Assembly (NCBI GenBank): GCA_965223905.1
Contig: CBDCXV010000010.1
Location: 864,001 to 928,000 of the forward strand
DNA length: 64,000 nt
Source: Candidatus Latescibacterota bacterium
GTDB taxonomy: Bacteria; Latescibacterota; UBA2968; UBA8231
Direction of reading: 5' to 3'
The position numbers and the translations under genes were made by a program. Shown in pieces: positions 59,171-64,000 of this stretch (positions are counted from its first letter, which is position 1; each line of letters starts with the position of its first letter). The notes under the pieces are model-generated. The model was not told the DNA's origin and did not search any database. It saw only the letters and a program-made list of their open reading frames with translations.

Positions 59171-61261
59171 TCACCAGCTGACTACGAGGTTCCCGAACCC
59201 GTCGACCTCGGCGGCAAACTCCGGGTGGATGACCGTCGTCGAATCCTTCTCCTCCACCACGCACGGCCCCTCGACCACGCACCCGGCTCCCAGACCGTAG
59301 CGGTCGTACACCGGGCAGTCCACGAATCCCCCGCTTTCGGCGAAGTACACGGGCCTGCTCTCCTTCCCTGCCTTCGAAGGGTCGCTGCCGCCCCCCTGCC
59401 ATTCCCGCAGCCTCGGCTTGGCGATCCGTCCGGTCGCCGTCAGTCGGTGGGCGACGAACTCGACCGGTTCCTCCGGGGCGCTGAAGCCGTAGGCCCGGTC
59501 GTGTTCGCGGTGGAACTCCTCGAGCACGCCGGAGATCCCGGCATCGTCGAGCTTCCCCTCCGGCAGGGGCAGGGTCAGCTCGTAGCTCTGCCCGACGTAG
59601 CGGATGTCCGCCTGGCGCAGGTAGCCGGTGTCCCCGGCAGGAATCCCCTCGCGTTCCAGGGCTTCCCGTCCCTGCGCTTCCAGCCCCGCGTACACCGCCT
59701 CGACCGCGGACAGGTCGAGCCGGTCGGCGCGCTCGATCCGCGTCGTCGAGTAGTCCCGCTTGAGATCGGTGACCAGCAGCCCGGTGGCCGAGAAAGTGCC
59801 CGGGCTCGCGGGGATGACGGTGACCGGTATCTCCATCTCCGCGGCCAGGCGGCAGGCGTGCACCGGGCCGGCCCCTCCGAAGGCGACGAGGGCGAACTCG
59901 CGGGGGTCCCAGCCGCGCTGGATGGAGACCAGCCGCAGGGCGTTGACCATGGCGGCGTTGGCTATCTCGACGACGCCGTGGGCCGCCTCGACGGGATCCA
60001 TTCCCAGGGGCTCGGCGCAGCCGATCGCGACCGCCCGCCTGGCCGCCTCGACGTCGAGGGGGATCTCCCCGCCGAGAAAGAACCCGGGGTTGAGCCGCCC
60101 CAGGAGCAGGTTGGCGTCGGTCAGGGTCGGCTCCCGACCCCCCTGCCCGTAGCAGGCGGGGCCGGGGTCGGCCCCGGCGCTGCGCGGCCCGACGCGGAGC
60201 CCTCCGCCGGCGTCCACCCAGGCGATGGAGCCCCCTCCGGCGCCGATCTCCACCAGGTCGATCACCGGGGTCCGTATCGGGTAGCCCGATCCCCGCGAGG
60301 CCCCCGCGGCGCTGCGGGCGGCCGCTCCGACCTCGTAGTCCTTGGTCACCGACGGAGCGCCGTTCTGGATCAGCCCGACCTTGGCGGTGGTCCCGCCCAT
60401 GTCGAAGGAGATGACCTCCCCGCGGCCGAGGGAGTTGCCGAGCCAGGCGGCCGCGGTCACCCCCGCGGCCGGCCCGGACTCCACCATGAACACCGGCTTC
60501 TCCCTCGCCGCGGCGAAGCTGAACACCCCGCCGCTGCTCTGCATCACCAGCAGCTCCGCGGCCACCCCGGCGGCGCGCAGGCGCTCCTCGATACGCCTGA
60601 GGTACTCGGCGACGACCGGGCGGATGCAGGCGTTGATGACGGTGGTGCTGGCCCGGAAGTACTCGCGGAACTCCGGGGCGACCTCCGACGACAGCGATAC
60701 CATGGCCCCGGGAAAGCGCTGCCGCAGGATCTCGCCGGCGCGGCGCTCGTGCTCCGGGTTGGCGTAGGCGTGGAGGAAGCAGACGGCGATCGCCTCCACC
60801 CCTTCCCGGCGCAGCCGGTCCGCAGCCTGCAGGACCGCCTCCTCGTCCAGCGCCTCGAGGATCTCGCCGCCGGCCCCGAGCCGCTCCGGCACGCCGACGC
60901 AGAGGTGCCGGGGCACCAGGGGCCGGGGCTTCTCGAAATGCAGGTCGTAGAGGGAGGGGCGTATCTGGCGCGCGATCTCCAGCATGTCGCGGAAACCGGC
61001 GGTGGTGACGAACCCGGTGCGCGCCACCTTCCCCTCGATGATGGCGTTCGTCGCCACCGTGGTCGCGTGCATGACGTAGGAGACGCCGCCGGCGTCGACC
61101 CCCTGCTCGGCGAGGATGCGGCGCGCCGCCTCGCTGAATCCGGCGGCCGGGTCCCCCGGGGTGGTCGGGACCTTGGCGGTGCGCACCTCGCCGGTCGCCT
61201 CGTCGACGAGGTTGGCGTCGGTGAAGGTGCCGCCTATGTCTATACCCAGTCTATGCGCCAC
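59171..61261 (-). CDS. Hydantoinase A/5-oxoprolinase subunit
   Basis: DIGGTFTD, HATTVATN, SGPAAG, DMGGTT, IGAGGGS, GP.SAGA.PGP.CY. Confidence 0.95.
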   Translation of the reverse strand: MAHRLGIDIGGTFTDANLVDEATGEVRTAKVPTTPGDPAAGFSEAARRILAEQGVDAGGVSYVMHATTVATNAIIEGKVARTGFVTTAGFRDMLEIARQIRPSLYDLHFEKPRPLVPRHLCVGVPERLGAGGEILEALDEEAVLQAADRLRREGVEAIAVCFLHAYANPEHERRAGEILRQRFPGAMVSLSSEVAPEFREYFRASTTVINACIRPVVAEYLRRIEERLRAAGVAAELLVMQSSGGVFSFAAAREKPVFMVESGPAAGVTAAAWLGNSLGRGEVISFDMGGTTAKVGLIQNGAPSVTKDYEVGAAARSAAGASRGSGYPIRTPVIDLVEIGAGGGSIAWVDAGGGLRVGPRSAGADPGPACYGQGGREPTLTDANLLLGRLNPGFFLGGEIPLDVEAARRAVAIGCAEPLGMDPVEAAHGVVEIANAAMVNALRLVSIQRGWDPREFALVAFGGAGPVHACRLAAEMEIPVTVIPASPGTFSATGLLVTDLKRDYSTTRIERADRLDLSAVEAVYAGLEAQGREALEREGIPAGDTGYLRQADIRYVGQSYELTLPLPEGKLDDAGISGVLEEFHREHDRAYGFSAPEEPVEFVAHRLTATGRIAKPRLREWQGGGSDPSKAGKESRPVYFAESGGFVDCPVYDRYGLGAGCVVEGPCVVEEKDSTTVIHPEFAAEVDGFGNLVVSW

Positions 61262-63029
61262 GGTCGCCCCCTTCCGCGGCAGCGGCGCGCAGCCTCGCAG
61301 TCTCCTCCTCGTCCACCCGCCAGGCCTCCGCGTCGATGGCGACGCCGTACACGTCGCCGGCGCGTTCGAGACCGACCTTGCCCTCGCGCACGTCGGCGAG
61401 CACCGCCAGCGGATCGCGTTCGTGCGGCGGCCCGTACCCGCCCCCGCCGCAGGTGCGGTAGCTCATCACCTTCCCCGGCGCCAGGTCGAAGGTCACCTTC
61501 GAGCTCAGCTCCTCGGCCTCGCCGTCCGGGTCCAGCACGTAGCTCGCCTTGCGGCCCGGCTCGCCCCCGAACAGGCCGTGAGGCCCCCAGCGGTCGCGGT
61601 CGGCGAGCACGGTGAAGCGGACCTCGTGGCCGTAGAAGCGGTAGTCCCGCCGCAGCCCCAGGCCCCCGCGCCAGGTGCCGGCCCCGTCGGAGTCCTCGAC
61701 CAGCTCGTAGCGCACGATCCGCAGCGGGTAGTTCATCTCCGTCTCCTCGATCGGCGCGTTCTCCGTGTTCTGCCCGTGCGTCTGCACGGCGTCGGGGCCG
61801 TCGCTTCCGGCGCGGCCGCCGAAGCCGCCGGCCAGGGTCTCCAGGTAGCAGTAGTACTCGCCGCTGCGCGGGTCGGTGCCGCCGAAGCCGGCGTGGCACT
61901 GCATCGCCTTGGTTCCCGCAGGCATGCGCTCCGGGAGGGCCGGGGCCAGGGCCTTGAACATCACGTCGGTCAGCCGCGTCTGGGTCTCCCAGCCGCCGAC
62001 CACGGCCGCGGGAGCCCTGCAGTTCACCACGGTGCCCTCGGGGGCGTTCATGCGCACCTGGCCGTAGAAGCCGGCGTTGACCGGCACGTCCTCGTCGATC
62101 AGGCACTTGAGCACGAAGGCGCAGGCCGAGAAGGTCTGGGCGTAGGTCGAGTTGACCGGGGCCCGGCGCTGCGGGTCGCAGCCCTCGAGGTCGAACAGCA
62201 CCCCGTCGTCGCCGATGAGGATGCGGGCGGCCAGGGCCACCGGCTCGCCGCCGAAGCCGTCGTTGTCGATGCAGCCCTCGGCGCGGAACTCCCCTTTCGG
62301 CAGCCGGGCGAGGTCGGCGCGGGTGCGCCGCTCGGTGTAGGCGATCAGCTCGCCGGTGTAGAACGCCACTGCCTCCGCCCCGACGCGGGCGACCAGGTCG
62401 TTGACGCGGCGGATCCCGGTGTTGTTGGCGGCGATCTGGGCGCGCAGGTCGCCGGCGGTCTCCCGCTTCGAGCGGATCTGCGCCAGCACCAGCCGGAACA
62501 GGTCGGGCTCGATCTCCCCCGCCCGCACCAGCTTGACCGCGGGGATGATCACCCCCTCCTGAAACACCTCCTGGAAGGCGCCGACGCTGGCCGGGGCGCC
62601 GCCGCCGACGTCGACGTGGTGGGCGATGTTGGCGGCGTACCCGAACAGCTCGCCGCCGCAGAAGACCGGCGAGATCAGGGCGATGTCGTTGAGGTGGACG
62701 CCGCCGGCGTGGGCGTCGTTGGTCAGGATGGCGTCCCCCGGGCCGAGGTTCTCCGCCCCGTACTTCCGGACCGCCTTGGGCACCAGCTCGACCATCGACC
62801 CGAGGTGGGTGGGCTGGGCGAAGCACTGGGCCACCGCCCGCAGGTCGCGGTCGAACAGGACGCAGGAGAAGTCGGCCCGCGTCTTGATGTTGGTCGAGTA
62901 CGCCGACCGCCTGAGGGCGACGGCCATCTCCTCGGTCGCCTCCACCAGGGCATTGCGGATCACCTCGAAGGCGATGGGGTCGACGCGGCGATTCGGGGGA
63001 TTGGGACTCGAAAGCTCTGCAGCCGACAT
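61251..63029 (-). CDS. Hydantoinase B/oxoprolinase subunit
   Basis: S.NIK..DFS, HLND, HHVDVGG, EGVIIP, GAG.WRGG.G, GGGGYG.P.ER. Confidence 0.95.
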   Translation of the reverse strand: MSAAELSSPNPPNRRVDPIAFEVIRNALVEATEEMAVALRRSAYSTNIKTRADFSCVLFDRDLRAVAQCFAQPTHLGSMVELVPKAVRKYGAENLGPGDAILTNDAHAGGVHLNDIALISPVFCGGELFGYAANIAHHVDVGGGAPASVGAFQEVFQEGVIIPAVKLVRAGEIEPDLFRLVLAQIRSKRETAGDLRAQIAANNTGIRRVNDLVARVGAEAVAFYTGELIAYTERRTRADLARLPKGEFRAEGCIDNDGFGGEPVALAARILIGDDGVLFDLEGCDPQRRAPVNSTYAQTFSACAFVLKCLIDEDVPVNAGFYGQVRMNAPEGTVVNCRAPAAVVGGWETQTRLTDVMFKALAPALPERMPAGTKAMQCHAGFGGTDPRSGEYYCYLETLAGGFGGRAGSDGPDAVQTHGQNTENAPIEETEMNYPLRIVRYELVEDSDGAGTWRGGLGLRRDYRFYGHEVRFTVLADRDRWGPHGLFGGEPGRKASYVLDPDGEAEELSSKVTFDLAPGKVMSYRTCGGGGYGPPHERDPLAVLADVREGKVGLERAGDVYGVAIDAEAWRVDEEETARLRAAAAEGGDRGA

Positions 63030-63249
63030 TATTGACCTTTCTGCTCGCGGTGGCCGCGAGAATCGATGCGCTGATCAGGTTTCCGGCAACGTACTTTCGT
63101 CAGCTGCAAACGCCAACCCGCAATGGAGGAACCGTGCCCTTGGAATCCTCACGCGTGAGTTATCACCGTGTCCGCCATCACTGCCCCGAGACGGCCGCGG
63201 AATTGGGGAGCGGCAACGCGATACCGGGTTTCCTGCTGGAGATGAAACC

Positions 63250-64000
63250 ATGACGGTTCCCAGGGTTGCCGTCGTCGGCATGGGGGGGTTCGCCGCGGAC
63301 CACCGCTCCTGGGCGCGCGAGCTCGACGGGAAGGGAGCCATTCGGCAGGTCGCCCAGGTCGCCCCGCCCTTCGACCACCGGCCCTTCGCCGCCGACATCG
63401 CCGCCCTGCGCGAGCGCGGCGTCGCCGTGTACGACAGCCTGCGGCAGATGCTGGCGGAGCAGCGTCAGGAGATCGACCTCGTCACCATACCCACCGGCAT
63501 CCACCTGCACCGGCCGATGACGGTCGCCTGCCTCGAGGCCGGCTGCCACGTCCTGGTCGAGAAGCCGGCCTCCGGCTCGATCCAGGATACCGACGCCATG
63601 ATCCGCGCCGAAGAGCAGTCGGGGCTGCGGGTCACCGTCGGCTACCAGCACCTGTACCGCGACGATGTCGCCCGGCTCAAGGAGTGGATCTGCGCCGGCC
63701 GTTTCGGGGCGGTGCGGCGGATCAAGGCGTTCGGGAGCTGGCCGCGCGGCCTCGTGTACTACGGCCGCAACCGCTGGGCAGGCCGCTACGGCGTCGGCGA
63801 CCGCTGGGTTCTCGACGCCCCGCACCAGAACGCGATGGCCCACGCCGTCAACCTCATGTGCTACCTCGGCTGCGAGCGCCCGCGGCAGTCGCTGACCCCG
63901 GAGTCGATCCGGGCCGAGCTCTACCGCTGCAACGCCATCCGCAGCGCCGACTCCGTCTCCCTGCGCATGCGGTCCGCGGAAGGGGCCGAGGTCTTCTTCG
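63250..64000 (+). CDS. Gfo/Idh/MocA family oxidoreductase (runs off window end)
   Basis: MTVPRVAVVGMGGFA, HVLVEKP, VGYQH, NAMAH; no stop within the window. Confidence 0.9.
   Translation, partial: MTVPRVAVVGMGGFAADHRSWARELDGKGAIRQVAQVAPPFDHRPFAADIAALRERGVAVYDSLRQMLAEQRQEIDLVTIPTGIHLHRPMTVACLEAGCHVLVEKPASGSIQDTDAMIRAEEQSGLRVTVGYQHLYRDDVARLKEWICAGRFGAVRRIKAFGSWPRGLVYYGRNRWAGRYGVGDRWVLDAPHQNAMAHAVNLMCYLGCERPRQSLTPESIRAELYRCNAIRSADSVSLRMRSAEGAEVFF

Overview
This is a high-GC bacterial chromosomal window with no rRNA, tRNA or CRISPR array. The backbone is catabolic: five Gfo/Idh/MocA oxidoreductases, four PhyH-like and one TauD dioxygenase, UxuA, an enolase-superfamily enzyme, GH32, a hydantoinase/oxoprolinase pair and aminotransferases. 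It also carries a Yip1/MacAB-type exporter, MltF and a secreted TldD/E pair. Secreted WD40 and ankyrin proteins, a pentapeptide protein and decayed genes ending in 'SWGRIKASL' suggest, by inference only, a Latescibacterota/Gemmatimonadota-like, possibly sponge-associated organism. Visibly lower-GC defence/TA cassettes interrupt the backbone: a RelA/SpoT-domain gene, an ATPase-TOPRIM-DUF262 trio, AbiEi/AbiEii-WYL and HicBA. Two of these cassettes sit between duplicated pieces of host genes with no recombinase in view. The strongest leads are: (1) an S8 protease-DUF1611 fusion coupled to an ACP beside a peptide exporter, a possible peptide cleave-and-acylate module; (2) the ATPase-TOPRIM-DUF262 defence candidate; (3) defence-cassette stacking between duplicated host-gene anchors; (4) a ~140-nt structured RNA candidate directly behind a sigma70 promoter. 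An IS630 pseudo-element, an IS630-derived MITE and a 48-bp perfect palindrome are also present. All calls come from motif reading by eye; no database search was run.
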